Assembly (NCBI GenBank): GCA_028821455.1
Contig: JAPPGE010000049.1
Location: forward strand, 24,309-88,308
Direction: 5' to 3'
DNA: 64,000 nucleotides
Source: a bacterium
Lineage (GTDB): Bacteria; Pseudomonadota; Alphaproteobacteria; SP197
This document shows positions 19,771 through 30,421 of this stretch, piece after piece. Under the pieces are notes generated by a model. The model saw nothing but the letters and a program-made list of their open reading frames with translations. It had not been told where the DNA came from and searched no databases. Every line of letters starts with the position of its first letter. Position 1 is the stretch's first letter. Made by a program: the position numbers and the translations under genes.

Positions 19771-20787
19771 TCAACGGAACGGCGGGGCGTAGAGGATGCC
19801 ACCGTCGAGATAGGAGGCATTGACGCCACGCGAAAGGCCGATCGGCGTATCGGGACCGATGTTGCGATCGAAGATCTCGGCGTAGTTGCCAACGGCGTTG
19901 ATGACGTTGACGACCCAGTCCTGGTCGAGCCGCAGCATCGCGCCGAACTCGCCTTCGGTACCGAGCATGCGATTGATCTCGGGGTTGTTGGTGCCCTGGG
20001 CAAGATCATTCACGTTCCCGGAATCGATGCCGTATTCCTCGGCAAGGATCAGCGCGTTGAGCGTCCAGCGGGCGATGTCGCCCCACTCGTCGTCACCGTG
20101 CCTCACCAGCGGGCCAAGCGGCTCCTTCGAGATGATCTCGGGCAGGACCACGTGGTCATCGGGGTTGTCGAGGGCCGCACGGGTCGCGGCGAGACCGGAA
20201 CGGTCCGTCGTGTAGACGTCGCAACGCCCTGCCAGGTAGTTCTGGCGCGCTTCCTCGTTGTTCTCGATGGGAACCGGCTCGTAGCTCATGCCGTTCGCCC
20301 GGAAGAAGTCCGCGAGGTTGAGCTCGGTGGTCGTGCCGGTCTGGATGCAGACCGAGGCGCCCTCGAGATCATGGGCACTCTCGACGCCGAGCGCCTTGTT
20401 CACGATGAACCCCTGGCCGTCATAGTAGTTGACGCCAACGAAGGTGAGCTTGAGATCGTTGTCGCGGCTGTAGGTCCAGGTCGTGTTGCGCGACAGGACA
20501 TCGATCTCGCCAGCCTTGAGGGCTTCAAAGCGTGTGGCGCCGGTGAGGTTCGTGTACTTCACCGCGCCGGCATCGCCGAACACCGCGGCGGCCAGTGCCT
20601 TGCAGTAGTCAACATCGAACCCCTGCCAGTCGCCCGCTTCATCCTTGAATGCAAAGCCCGGCAGACCGGTGTTGATGCCGCACTGCACATGACCCTTCGC
20701 CCGGACATCATCGAGCGTCGCCGCTCCGGCGACGGACGTGACGGCTGCCAGTGCTCCGGCTGCGATCAGTAAGATCAGTTTTCTCAT
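19771..20787 (-). CDS. aapJ: Amino acid ABC transporter substrate-binding protein
   Basis: SRNTTWT, YYDGQGF, ISKEPLGP, VGNY, YAPPFR. Confidence 0.94.
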   Translation of the reverse strand: MRKLILLIAAGALAAVTSVAGAATLDDVRAKGHVQCGINTGLPGFAFKDEAGDWQGFDVDYCKALAAAVFGDAGAVKYTNLTGATRFEALKAGEIDVLSRNTTWTYSRDNDLKLTFVGVNYYDGQGFIVNKALGVESAHDLEGASVCIQTGTTTELNLADFFRANGMSYEPVPIENNEEARQNYLAGRCDVYTTDRSGLAATRAALDNPDDHVVLPEIISKEPLGPLVRHGDDEWGDIARWTLNALILAEEYGIDSGNVNDLAQGTNNPEINRMLGTEGEFGAMLRLDQDWVVNVINAVGNYAEIFDRNIGPDTPIGLSRGVNASYLDGGILYAPPFR

Positions 20788-20969
20788 GTGTCTTGGTCCC
20801 TTTCAGTGTTGTTCGTATGCCAGGAGAGTGCCTCTGACAACGAGGGTCTCATCCTCTCCCAACCGGGGCCCGACTGTCAATTGCGCGCACCTCGCCGGCG
20901 AGCGTTCCGCAAGCGTGGTCCGGCGTCTCTTTCACAGGCGGGAAAGAGGCATGAACCGGACGTCTGCGC

Positions 20970-21587
20970 TCAGGAGACGAGGGCCGCGACGGCAGAGCGC
21001 AGATCGTCGATGCCCCGGCCCTTGCGGGCGCTGGTGACCAGGATGCCCGGAACGGCGGCCGGCCGCCGCTGGAGTTCGCGCGCCACCCCGGCAACCACGT
21101 CGTCGAGACCGGCCTCCTTCACCTTGTCGGACTTGGTGAGCACGGCCTGCCAGGCGACTCCGGCGGCATCGAGACTGTCGAACGTCGCACGGTCCCTGTC
21201 GGTGATCCCGCGGCGCGCGTCGAGCAACAGGAAGACGCGCCGCAGCGCTGGGCGAAGGGCAAGGTAGTCATCCACGGCCCGTGTCCAGCCAGCGATGTCC
21301 GCCTTGCCGGCGACGGCATAGCCATATCCGGGCAGATCGACGAGATGCATGCGCCCGTCCAGGCTGAAGACATTAATCGATCGCGTCCTGCCCGGCGTCC
21401 TGGAGGTTCGCGCCAGGCTTCGCCGCCCCGTCAGCGCGTTGATGAGCGACGACTTGCCGCAGTTCGAACGTCCCGCAAAGGCGACTTCGGGAACCTCAGG
21501 GTCGGGCAGTCCCTCAAGCGACGTTGCCGCCACGACGAACCTGCAGGGCCGCGCAAAGATCTGGCGCCCGGCGTCTTTCGCCATCAT
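20970..21587 (-). CDS. yihA: Ribosome biogenesis GTPase YihA/EngB
   Basis: GRSNCGKSS, TPGRT, DLPGYG, TKSD. Confidence 0.94.
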   Translation of the reverse strand: MMAKDAGRQIFARPCRFVVAATSLEGLPDPEVPEVAFAGRSNCGKSSLINALTGRRSLARTSRTPGRTRSINVFSLDGRMHLVDLPGYGYAVAGKADIAGWTRAVDDYLALRPALRRVFLLLDARRGITDRDRATFDSLDAAGVAWQAVLTKSDKVKEAGLDDVVAGVARELQRRPAAVPGILVTSARKGRGIDDLRSAVAALVS

Positions 21588-21588
21588 C

Positions 21589-22368
21589 TCAGGCCGGCCC
21601 TGCTCGGCCGGTTACCTCGCCAGACATCCCAGGGTAGCGGACGGCGGCGAGGTAGAGTCCGTGGGCCGGGGCGATCATGCCACAGGCCTGGCGGTCCCTT
21701 TGCTCGAGGGCACGCCGCAGGTCGCCGGCGGTCCACCGGCCTTCCCCGACGTGGACGAGCGAGCCCACCATGCTGCGGACCTGGCGATGCAGGAAAGAAC
21801 GGGCGCGGGCGCTGATCACGATGGCGTCGTCAGCGCCCGTGACGCCGAGTTCATCGAGCGTCTTGACGGGCGAGGGCGCCTGGCAGCCGGCATCCCTGAA
21901 GGTGGTGAAATCGTGCCTGCCGACAAGGCCCTCAGCCGCCTCGTGCATGGCCACCGCGTCGAGAGACCTCGGCACGTGCCAGGCCCGGTTGAGATCGATG
22001 GTCAGGGGCGCCCGCCGGCACACGATCCGGTAGCGATAGAGACGCTCGACGGCATCGAACCGGGCATGAAAGTCCGCCCCGGCCCTCGCCGCCTCGAGGA
22101 TGGCAATCGCCTGCGGGCGCAGGTGCTGGTTGACCGCGTTTCTCACCGTGGCGGGCGGCCAGTCCCGGACCAGGTCGACGTGGGCCACCTGCCCCAGGGC
22201 ATGAACGCCGGCGTCCGTGCGACCCGCCGCCACCAGGTTCACGTCATCCTGACAGAACGACCGGAACGCCTCCTCCAGCGCCTGCTGGACGGAAGGCCGG
22301 TCATGCTGCCTTTGCCATCCGGCATAGCCGGTGCCGTCGTATTCCAGTGTGAGGCGATAGCGCGGCAT
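21589..22368 (-). CDS. truA: tRNA pseudouridine(38-40) synthase
   Basis: EYDGT..GWQ, AGRTDAGVHA.GQ, FHARF, SFLHRQVR. Confidence 0.95.
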   Translation of the reverse strand: MPRYRLTLEYDGTGYAGWQRQHDRPSVQQALEEAFRSFCQDDVNLVAAGRTDAGVHALGQVAHVDLVRDWPPATVRNAVNQHLRPQAIAILEAARAGADFHARFDAVERLYRYRIVCRRAPLTIDLNRAWHVPRSLDAVAMHEAAEGLVGRHDFTTFRDAGCQAPSPVKTLDELGVTGADDAIVISARARSFLHRQVRSMVGSLVHVGEGRWTAGDLRRALEQRDRQACGMIAPAHGLYLAAVRYPGMSGEVTGRAGPA

Positions 22369-22370
22369 GG

Positions 22371-23294
22371 TCAGGCGAGACGCTGGGGCGGCTCGAGGCG
22401 CTGGCCGCGCAGCCAGGCGGCGCCATCGGTGGTCTCCCGCCCCGCCGCGCGGACCTTCAGGAGACGCAACGCACCCCTGCCGCATGCCACGACGGCACTG
22501 CGGTCGATCAGCGTTCCCGGCGGGGCCTCGCCGGCGACCGACTCGGCCTCGAGGATTTTCACCGGCGCCGATTCCGGTCCGAAGTGAACCCCGGGGCGCG
22601 GATTGAGACCCCGCACCATGCGATCGATTTCCCCGGCACTGCGTTGCCAGTCGATGCGGCCGTCCGCCCGTGTGAGCTTCCTGGCGTAGGTGGCGTCCCG
22701 GTCGTTCTGGGGTTCAGCCCTCGCCAGATGGCGGCCGAGATCCCGAACGAGTCCCGGGAGGACATCGCCGGCAAGGTCGGCAAGGCAGGATTCCAGGCTC
22801 TCGGTGGTGGCGCGGCTGGGCACGGGCAGGCGATGGCGGCAGAGAATGGCGCCGGTATCGAGGCCTTCGTCCATGCGGAAGACCGTCAGGCCGGTTTCGC
22901 GGTCGCCATGGAGGATGGTGTGGGCGACCGGGGCGGCGCCCCGCCAGCGCGGCAGGAGCGATGGATGAAGATTGATGCAGCCAAGCCGCGGCGCGTCGAG
23001 AACGGGCCGCGGCAGGATCAGTCCATAGGCGGCGACGACTGCGGCGTCGACATCGAGCGCCCGGAAGGCGGCAGAGGCCGAGTCGTCCCGCAGCGAGACC
23101 GGTGTTCTCACGTCGAGGCCAAGGGCTTCGGCCCGCTCGCCGACCACGGAGGCGCGCATGCGCTGGCCGCGCCCGGCGCGGCGCGGCGGCTGCGTGTAGA
23201 CGGCCGCGATGTCATGGCCATCGCGACACAGGGCCTCCAGCGCCGGCAGGGCGAAGGGCGCCGTTCCCATGAACGCAAGCCTCAGGGGAGTCAC
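22371..23294 (-). CDS. fmt: Methionyl-tRNA formyltransferase
   Basis: FMGTAPFA, AYGLIL, NLHPSLLPRWRGAAP, GLDTG. Confidence 0.95.
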   Translation of the reverse strand: MTPLRLAFMGTAPFALPALEALCRDGHDIAAVYTQPPRRAGRGQRMRASVVGERAEALGLDVRTPVSLRDDSASAAFRALDVDAAVVAAYGLILPRPVLDAPRLGCINLHPSLLPRWRGAAPVAHTILHGDRETGLTVFRMDEGLDTGAILCRHRLPVPSRATTESLESCLADLAGDVLPGLVRDLGRHLARAEPQNDRDATYARKLTRADGRIDWQRSAGEIDRMVRGLNPRPGVHFGPESAPVKILEAESVAGEAPPGTLIDRSAVVACGRGALRLLKVRAAGRETTDGAAWLRGQRLEPPQRLA

Positions 23295-23815
23295 GCGATG
23301 TCGCGCAGCCGCGCCTTCTTCCACTTGATCATCTTGCGCAGGATCAGCCGGCGGCGCAGGGCCGAGAGGTGGTCGACGAAGAGAATGCCGTCGAGGTGGT
23401 CGATCTCGTGCTGCAGGCAGCGTGCCAGAAGGCCCTCGGCGTGAAGCTCCCGGACGGCGCCGCTCTCGTCGAGGTAGGTGACGTCGACCGATGCCGGGCG
23501 CTCCACCATGGCGTAGAGATCCGGAAAGGAAAGACAGCCTTCGTCAAACTCAACCCGTTCCTGCGACGCCGCGGTGATATCCGGGTTGACGAGCGTCATC
23601 GGCTCCGGAGTCCCGTCGCGCTGCGCCACGTCGACAACCACGATGCGCCGGGGGACGCCGACCTGGATTGCCGAGAGGCCGAGTCCCTTTTCGGCGTACA
23701 TGGTCTCCAGAAGATCATCCATGAGCCGGCGGACACCGTCATCGACGCATCCCACGGCCTCGCAGACCACCTGGAGACGCGGATCGGGAGCATGAATGAC
23801 TGGCATGACCGTCAT
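23291..23815 (-). CDS. def: Peptide deformylase
   Basis: GLGLSAIQVG, EGCLS, QHEIDHLDG. Confidence 0.96.
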   Translation of the reverse strand: MTVMPVIHAPDPRLQVVCEAVGCVDDGVRRLMDDLLETMYAEKGLGLSAIQVGVPRRIVVVDVAQRDGTPEPMTLVNPDITAASQERVEFDEGCLSFPDLYAMVERPASVDVTYLDESGAVRELHAEGLLARCLQHEIDHLDGILFVDHLSALRRRLILRKMIKWKKARLRDIA

Positions 23816-24234
23816 TGCAACTCGCCCTCTTCACCCTGTCGGCATGGCGCAAGAGTAGGTTCAGGACCCGGGGCGATCAAGACATGGCTCTCCGGGACGT
23901 TACCGGGACATCCCCGGGCGAATCGCCATCTTGACGTAGCCCTTTAACCCTGCATAGCCTTCCCCATCGCCAAACACATCCGTGCGGCTCCATGCCGGGC
24001 CGCCCGCCGCGATGCGGGAATCTTCTATGCACGGATGATTGTTTGGCGACCGGCCCGGCACCACGTCGGGCTGACCGATCGCCTGGAGCGGTCGGAACCG
24101 GAGGGCAATCCGGCTCCGACCAAGCAAAGGGGTCTCGGGGCAGCTGGGAGAGCGTGACCGAGACCCCACCGCTTCAAGCACGCTAGACGTTGCCATGCGT
24201 CCACTCAAGCACGCTCTCCCAGTGGGGGAGAGAC

Positions 24235-25008
24235 GTGAAAGCCATCGTGATCAGTCTGCCGCACGCCCATGAGCGACGGAAACGCGCGTCGCAGCGGTTT
24301 GCCGAAATCGGTCTGTCTTTCGAATTCCTTGATGCCGTTGACGCGGGTGAACTGACCGACGCGGACATCGTTCGGATGGATGCGCGATACCGGCGCCGGT
24401 GGGGTCTTCGCCCTTTGGCCGCTACCGAACTTGCGTGCTGGCTGTCACATGTCCGCGCGATCCACCAGGCAAGCATCGGATCCGATGAAGTGACCGCCAT
24501 ATTCGAAGACGACGCCATGCCTCGGCCCGAATGCACATCTGTGCTGACCGCCTTGGAACACTGTCTCATCAACTTCGATCTGGTCAGCCTCGGCCGAAGG
24601 AACACGACTCGGGCGCATGTTGACGTGCACGCCCTTGAAGCCGGTCGATCTCTCTGCCGGGTCCGGTTCAGTGAGTACGGCGCGTTCGGTTACGTGATCA
24701 CGAAAGAAGCGGCACTTCGCCTCGGTCCCCGCCTGACCCGGATGCGCGTCCCGATCGACATGGATCTCATGTTCTTCTGGGTCCACCGGCTCAACCTGTG
24801 GTTTCTCGATACGCCGGTGGTCGACCACGATGACGACGTGCCTTCGTATCTCACTGCCGACCGTGAACGAATGCTCGTCGGATGGAAACCTTCGCGACTA
24901 CGTCGGATCGCCTACCGTCTACACATGGCAGTGGCCAAGCGGATCGGATTCCGGCGGCTCGTACAAGGGCGCTATGCGAGCAAACAGAAAACGACCCGTC
25001 GCATATGA
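24235..25008 (+). CDS. Glycosyltransferase family 25 (LOS/LPS galactosyltransferase-like)
   Basis: VISL..ERR, F..AVD, ELACWLSH, IFEDD, GYVIT..AA, PID. Confidence 0.85.
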   Translation: MKAIVISLPHAHERRKRASQRFAEIGLSFEFLDAVDAGELTDADIVRMDARYRRRWGLRPLAATELACWLSHVRAIHQASIGSDEVTAIFEDDAMPRPECTSVLTALEHCLINFDLVSLGRRNTTRAHVDVHALEAGRSLCRVRFSEYGAFGYVITKEAALRLGPRLTRMRVPIDMDLMFFWVHRLNLWFLDTPVVDHDDDVPSYLTADRERMLVGWKPSRLRRIAYRLHMAVAKRIGFRRLVQGRYASKQKTTRRI

Positions 25009-25811
25009 CTCCCTTCCTCATTAGGAACTGTCCGCGTTGCGGCGCCGACAATTCCACCACACGCGTCCTTTCCTATTCCTGGCGGCATTGGCGTCTTCGC
25101 CACTGCATGGCGTGTGCCTTCGTCTACCTTGAGAACCCGCCGGACTATGCCGATCTGAGCGTGGACTACGCATGGGAGACGGACGACTACACACTACGCA
25201 TGCGTCAGGAATATCCCTTCACCCGTCGAGTATCGCGCGGCTGGCGAAGGGTTCGCCGCCGGTTGATCCCAAGGCCCGATAAGTTGGCCCGACGGGTTAC
25301 CGCGCATGTCCCACCGGGCCGTGTGATCGACGTGGGTTGCGGCAGCGCTGGACACCTGATGGCGCTCGCGCCGCACTACATGATTGTCGGGATAGAGATT
25401 TCCGTGGCATTGGCCGCCGAAGCGAACGCCCGTCTCGCCAAGCGCAACGGCACGGTCGTCAACATGCCGGCGATCGAAGGACTCGCCGACATGGCCGCGG
25501 CCTCGGCAACCGGCGTGCTGATGCGTTCCTTCCTCGAACACGAACACAGACCCGCGACGCTGCTCGCCCAAGTGGCGCGCGTTCTCGCGACCGGCGGTGC
25601 CGTTGTCGTCAAGGTGCCCAACTTCGCCTGCCTGAACCGGCGGGTCATGGGATCCCGCTGGTGCGGGTTCCGCTTCCCCGGTCACGTGAACTACTTCACG
25701 CCGACGAGCCTCAAGGAAATGGTCGAAGATGCCGGTCTGACGATATCGGCCTTCGATCTTTTTGATCGGTTCCCTCTGGCGGACAACATGTGGCTGGTGG
25801 CACATAAGTGA
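25005..25811 (+). CDS. Class I SAM-dependent methyltransferase with N-terminal CxxC..CxxC
   Basis: CPRCG..CMAC, IDVGCGSG, LEH, VPNF, HVNYF; ATGA overlap with GT25. Confidence 0.85.
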   Translation: MTPFLIRNCPRCGADNSTTRVLSYSWRHWRLRHCMACAFVYLENPPDYADLSVDYAWETDDYTLRMRQEYPFTRRVSRGWRRVRRRLIPRPDKLARRVTAHVPPGRVIDVGCGSAGHLMALAPHYMIVGIEISVALAAEANARLAKRNGTVVNMPAIEGLADMAAASATGVLMRSFLEHEHRPATLLAQVARVLATGGAVVVKVPNFACLNRRVMGSRWCGFRFPGHVNYFTPTSLKEMVEDAGLTISAFDLFDRFPLADNMWLVAHK

Positions 25812-25891
25812 GATTGGATTGCAACGCCCGGAACGGGCGGATGGCCCAGACAGTCAAAGTGAGACACTACCCCTCTGCGGGCTGGCGGAAT

Positions 25892-26500
25892 TCAGCCCGG
25901 CGTAAGCGTGCGGCGGGCCTGCATCGCAGCACCGAGCGTACCGTCGTCAAGGAAGTTGAGCTCCCCGCCAACCGGAACACCAAGCGACAGGCGCGACACG
26001 GTGACATCGCAGGCGGCAAGCATGTCGACGAGGTAGTGGGCCGTGGTCTGCCCGGCAACCGTGGCGCTGGTGGCGAGAACCACTTCCCCGACGCCCGTCG
26101 CCCGGGCGCGGGCAACGAGGCCCGGGATCCGAAGATCCTCGGGGCCGACGCCGTCGAGCGCCGACAGGGTGCCCCCGAGAACGTGATAGCGGCCGGAAAA
26201 CACGGCCGAACGCTCCATGGCCCACAGATCGTCGACATTCTCGACGACACAGATGATCGAGGAGTCACGCCGCGCGTCCGAACAGATGGCGCAGGGGTTT
26301 CGGACATCGAGATTCCCGCACTGGCTGCAGGTCGTGACGGCCTCGCCCGTCTGCTCGAGCGCCTGCACGAGGTTGACCAGCAGGGTCTCGCGGTGCTTGA
26401 GGAGGTGGAGGACGAGCCGGCGCGCCGAGCGCGGCCCCAGACCCGGCAGGCGTGCCAGCAGGGTCGTCAGACGGTCGATCTCGGGGCTGGCATGGACCAT
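25892..26500 (-). CDS. recR: Recombination mediator RecR
   Basis: [11 protein letters not shown], CxxCGN..Cxx[15 protein letters not shown]. Confidence 0.96.
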   Translation of the reverse strand: MVHASPEIDRLTTLLARLPGLGPRSARRLVLHLLKHRETLLVNLVQALEQTGEAVTTCSQCGNLDVRNPCAICSDARRDSSIICVVENVDDLWAMERSAVFSGRYHVLGGTLSALDGVGPEDLRIPGLVARARATGVGEVVLATSATVAGQTTAHYLVDMLAACDVTVSRLSLGVPVGGELNFLDDGTLGAAMQARRTLTPG

Positions 26501-26538
26501 CTCTCAAGGACCCGCGAACGGGAGCCGTGCCAAACCCA

Positions 26539-26859
26539 TCAGAAGGGCAGCTTCAGCCCCGGGGGCAATTGGAACTCGCCGGCGATGTCGGCCGTTCTCT
26601 CCCGGACCGTCTCCTCGGCCTTGCTGTGCGCATCGTTGATGGCCGCAACGATCAGGTCCTCGAGCATGCCCCTGTCGTCGGTCGTGACGAGAGAGGGATC
26701 GATCGACAGGCTGTTGAGCCGGTGCTGGCAGGTCATCGAAGCCTTCACCATGCCGCCGCCGGAGACCCCCTCGACCTCGATCCGGCCGAGGTCCTCCTGG
26801 AGGCTCTCCATGCGCGACTGCACTTCCTGCACCTTTTCCATCATCTTCAGAAAATTCAT
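26539..26859 (-). CDS. ybaB: YbaB/EbfC nucleoid-associated protein
   Basis: GGGMV, LEDLIVAAINDA, LPPGLKLPF; lies between dnaX and recR. Confidence 0.94.
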   Translation of the reverse strand: MNFLKMMEKVQEVQSRMESLQEDLGRIEVEGVSGGGMVKASMTCQHRLNSLSIDPSLVTTDDRGMLEDLIVAAINDAHSKAEETVRERTADIAGEFQLPPGLKLPF

Positions 26860-28466
26860 GGGCCGCCGTTCCTTGCATGCGATTTGTCGTCCTTCCGGAC
26901 CTCGACGATCTCGGCTCCGGGAAAGGCCTCGAGTATGCGCGAGAGGTCCGGTTCCCTGGCCGTCTCTTCCAGGAGGGCCTTCCTCTCCTGCTCTTCCGAA
27001 CGTGCAACCGTGGGTGCGCCGTCGCTCGTCGACGGCGTCACCCGCCAGGCCATGCCCGTCCAGGTGCCGAGCAGCCTGGCAAGGTCGGAGGGAAGCTCGG
27101 GGGGCGCATCCTTGCCGAGCCTGATCACGATGTCACCGACGGCGAAGGAAACGAGGTGGACACTGGTGCGCAGGTGGGTATGGAGGATGGCTTCGCGGTG
27201 GCGCTTCACGAGATCGAGCACCGCCTCGAAACTTCGTGGCACCGCGTCGCCGGCGTCCCCGGCTGCGGCAGGCGCCCGGCTTTCGGACGCCATCGCCGGC
27301 GCGCGCCCTAGCGCCTTCAGCGCCTCCTCGGGAGTCGGCAGTGTCGCGCTGAAGGCCAGCCGGACCAGGGTCATTTCAACGGCCTGCAGGCTGTCAGGAG
27401 CATCACGCGCCTCGCCTATGCCCTTGAGGAGAATCTGCCAGGCCCTCGTGAGGTGCGGTATGCCGAGGGACTCCGCCATCTCCGCCCCTTCCGTGCGCTC
27501 GAACTCGGGCGCCGCCTGCCGGGCAGTTTCGGGAGTAGCCTTGCAACGCGTCAGCCAGTGCGTAAGCTCGAGCAGATCCTCGAGAACGACGACCGGATCC
27601 ACGCCGGATCCGTACTGCTCCGCCAGGCCCTCGAGCGCATCGGCGATCCGGCCGGCCATGACATGGCGATAGAGTGTGAACGTCCTCCCCCTGTCGGCGA
27701 GTCCGAGCATGGCGCGCACATCGTCCCCGGTCACGGTGCCACGGCCCTGGGCGATGGCCTGATCGAGGATGGATAGGCCGTCACGCACCGAACCATCGGC
27801 GGCGCGGGCGATCAGGGCCAGCGCCTCATCGCTCGCCGATGCCTGTTCCCTGGAGGCAATCTCGCCGAAGTACCGGGCAAGCTCCCCGGCATCGATCCGG
27901 CGCAGGTCGAACCGCTGGCAACGCGACAGGATGGTCGCCGGAATCTTGCGCAGCTCTGTCGTCGCGAAGACGAACTTCAAGTGCTCCGGCGGCTCCTCCA
28001 GTGTCTTCAGCAACGCGTTGAAGGCCGGTCCGGACAGCATGTGGACCTCGTCCATGACGTAGACCTTGTAGCGGCCGAGGGAGGGCCGGTAGCGCGCCGC
28101 ATCGAGCAGGCTTCGCATGTTGTCGATGCCCGTGTGACTCGCGGCATCGACCTCGAGGACATCGACATGGCGATCGGCGGCGATGGCAACGCAGTGTTCG
28201 CAGACGCCGCAGGGCTCGGCCGTCACATCACCCGTGCCGTTCTCGCCGACACAGTTGAGCATGCGCGCCAGAACGCGCGCCGTCGTCGTCTTGCCGACCC
28301 CGCGAACGCCGGTCAGCAGGAAGGCCTGGGCGATCCTCCCGGTCTCCACCGCATGGGTCAGTGTGCGCACGAGGACATCCTGACCAATCAGTTCACCCAG
28401 GGTCTGTGGCCGGTACCTGCGGGCCAGGACACGGTACTGCGGATTGTCGTGATCAGGAGGTGCCAT
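26856..28466 (-). CDS. dnaX: DNA polymerase III subunit gamma/tau
   Basis: YRVLARRYRP, GVRGVGKTT, DEVHML, LKTLEEPP, SRCQRF. Confidence 0.96.
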   Translation of the reverse strand: MAPPDHDNPQYRVLARRYRPQTLGELIGQDVLVRTLTHAVETGRIAQAFLLTGVRGVGKTTTARVLARMLNCVGENGTGDVTAEPCGVCEHCVAIAADRHVDVLEVDAASHTGIDNMRSLLDAARYRPSLGRYKVYVMDEVHMLSGPAFNALLKTLEEPPEHLKFVFATTELRKIPATILSRCQRFDLRRIDAGELARYFGEIASREQASASDEALALIARAADGSVRDGLSILDQAIAQGRGTVTGDDVRAMLGLADRGRTFTLYRHVMAGRIADALEGLAEQYGSGVDPVVVLEDLLELTHWLTRCKATPETARQAAPEFERTEGAEMAESLGIPHLTRAWQILLKGIGEARDAPDSLQAVEMTLVRLAFSATLPTPEEALKALGRAPAMASESRAPAAAGDAGDAVPRSFEAVLDLVKRHREAILHTHLRTSVHLVSFAVGDIVIRLGKDAPPELPSDLARLLGTWTGMAWRVTPSTSDGAPTVARSEEQERKALLEETAREPDLSRILEAFPGAEIVEVRKDDKSHARNGGP

Positions 28467-28522
28467 CGCGGTCCCTGATGAACGGGGCGGGAATTCGCGC
28501 AACCGTTGGTGCAGCGGATGAC

Positions 28523-28616
28523 TGGAAGGCCGGACTGACCCGGTTGAACACGCTACGGCTGCTTCCTCTCGGACCTGACCGGGTTCACGAGCCAATTCCG
28601 TCCATTCCGGCCCCCG
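28523..28616 (-). ncRNA. ffs: Signal recognition particle (4.5S) RNA
   Basis: Minus strand contains the domain IV motif TCAGGTCCGAGAGGAAGCAGC with closing stem GGGGCCGGA..TCCGGCCTT; canonical position upstream of dnaX. Confidence 0.92.
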
Positions 28617-28693
28617 TCGGCAACACTAGCCGCCGTGGCCGACGGCACGCAAGCCTGATTGCACGACGACGGGCCTCGTGCGAACGTCCTTCC

Positions 28694-29593
28694 ATGGTCG
28701 ACGTCTCCCACTACAGAGGCGATCTGATCGATCGCGCCAGCGAGCTGCGCCGGGATGATGAGTGGATTGCCGCCAGGCTGCGCGATCCCGCAACCCGGCT
28801 CGTTCCCGTTCACCGGGGACGCAGCCTGCTGCGCGGCAGGAATGCGGCCTTTCTGGCGCCCGGCGATGTCGATGGATTCCCCGACGATCCCCTGATGGAG
28901 CCGATCTTTCTTGGAATCGACGAGACCGGTCCGCTGTTTGCCGTCGACATGTCGCATCTCGATGAAGGGGTTCTTGCCAACCCGGGAGAGGACTGCGTCC
29001 TCGAGGAACTCTATGGCATCGCGACCCAGCTGTTTCGCCGCGATGCCTCGCTCCTTTCCCATGCGGCCTGGCTCGTGCGATGGCGGCGCCACCACCGCTA
29101 CTGCGGCGTGTGCGGCCATGTCACCGAATCACGGGAGGCCGGGCACGTGCGGGTCTGCACCAACGACACCTGCAGGACCCTCGCCTTTCCGAGGACCGAC
29201 CCGGCCGTCATCATGGTGACCGAGTTCGCCGACCGGTGCCTGCTGGCCCGCCAGAAGAACTGGCCGGGCGGCCTGCATTCCTGCCTGGCGGGATTCGTCG
29301 AACCCGGTGAATCGGCGGAAGAGGCCGTGGTGCGCGAGGTGCGCGAGGAATCGGGACTCGAGGTACGCGACGTGCGCTACCACGCCACCCAGCCATGGCC
29401 CTATCCGTCCTCGCTCATGCTGGGCTACTTTGCCGTCGCCACGCACGACGACGTCGTCATCGATACCGACGAGCTGGCCGCGGCGCGCTGGTTTACCCGG
29501 GAGGAACTCGTGTCGCTCCCCGCCGGTGTCGAACTGCCACGCCGCGATTCCATCGCCCGCGCCCTGATCGACGCCTGGATCGCCTCAGGCTAG
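28694..29593 (+). CDS. nudC: NAD(H) diphosphatase, Nudix family
   Basis: Zn ribbon CGVCG..C..C, FPRTDPAVI, Nudix box GFVEPGE..REVREESG, QPWPYP. Confidence 0.93.
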   Translation: MVDVSHYRGDLIDRASELRRDDEWIAARLRDPATRLVPVHRGRSLLRGRNAAFLAPGDVDGFPDDPLMEPIFLGIDETGPLFAVDMSHLDEGVLANPGEDCVLEELYGIATQLFRRDASLLSHAAWLVRWRRHHRYCGVCGHVTESREAGHVRVCTNDTCRTLAFPRTDPAVIMVTEFADRCLLARQKNWPGGLHSCLAGFVEPGESAEEAVVREVREESGLEVRDVRYHATQPWPYPSSLMLGYFAVATHDDVVIDTDELAAARWFTREELVSLPAGVELPRRDSIARALIDAWIASG

Positions 29594-29630
29594 AGTGACG
29601 GCCGCCTTGCCTGTGCATGAGGAGCCGCCC

Positions 29631-30401
29631 ATGAGCCGTCTCGAGATCCACCAGATCCCGGTTCTCTCCGACAACTACGTCTATCTCGCGCATTGCCCCG
29701 AGACCGCGGCCACGGCGGTCGTCGATCCGGCCGTCACCAAACCCGTACTCGACGCGGCCGCGGACAAGGGATGGCCCATCACGCACATCATCAACACCCA
29801 CCATCACGGCGATCACACGGGCGGCAATCTCGACATCAAGAGGACCACGGGGTGCACCATTGTCGGGCCGGGACCGGACCGGGACCGCATCCCGGGGATC
29901 GACATCATGGTCGACGAGGGCGACACCTTCATGCTCGGGGCGGCCGAGGCCCGTGTCTTCTTCGTCCCCGGGCACACGCGCGGGCACATCGCCTACTGGT
30001 TCGCCGACTCGGCGGCGCTCTTCTGTGGCGACACGATGTTCGCCATGGGGTGCGGCCGGCTGTTCGAGGGAACCCCGGTCCAGATGTGGGCTTCACTGCA
30101 GAAGCTCATGGATCTGCCCGGCGACACGCGTGTCTATTGCGCCCACGAGTACACCCAGGCCAACGGCCGGTTTGCGCTCACGGTCGATCCGCAGAACACC
30201 GATCTCGTGCGCCGCATGGCGGTTGTCGACGACATGCGCTCCAGGGATCTGCCGACAGTTCCCTCGACCATCGCCGAGGAACGGGCGACCAACCCCTTCC
30301 TCAGGCCGCGCAGTCCGCTTGTCATGAAGGCCCTCGGCATGGAGGGCGCCGATCCGGTGACGGTGTTCGCCGAACTGCGCGCCCGCAAGGACAGGTTCTG
30401 A
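29631..30401 (+). CDS. gloB: Hydroxyacylglutathione hydrolase (glyoxalase II)
   Basis: THHHGDHTGG, PGHTRGH, GDTMFAMGCGR, CAHEYT, TNPFLR. Confidence 0.94.
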   Translation: MSRLEIHQIPVLSDNYVYLAHCPETAATAVVDPAVTKPVLDAAADKGWPITHIINTHHHGDHTGGNLDIKRTTGCTIVGPGPDRDRIPGIDIMVDEGDTFMLGAAEARVFFVPGHTRGHIAYWFADSAALFCGDTMFAMGCGRLFEGTPVQMWASLQKLMDLPGDTRVYCAHEYTQANGRFALTVDPQNTDLVRRMAVVDDMRSRDLPTVPSTIAEERATNPFLRPRSPLVMKALGMEGADPVTVFAELRARKDRF

Positions 30402-30421
30402 ACCCACGTGCCGGCGGCGGA

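Noticed and set aside
16548-20787. aapJQMP placed between yihA and argB as an unusual insertion
   Set aside because: Ordinary general amino-acid transporter with host-like composition; nothing indicates recent acquisition.
28361-28693. N-terminal extensions of nudC and dnaX
   Set aside because: They run across the SRP RNA gene; downstream starts match the known proteins.
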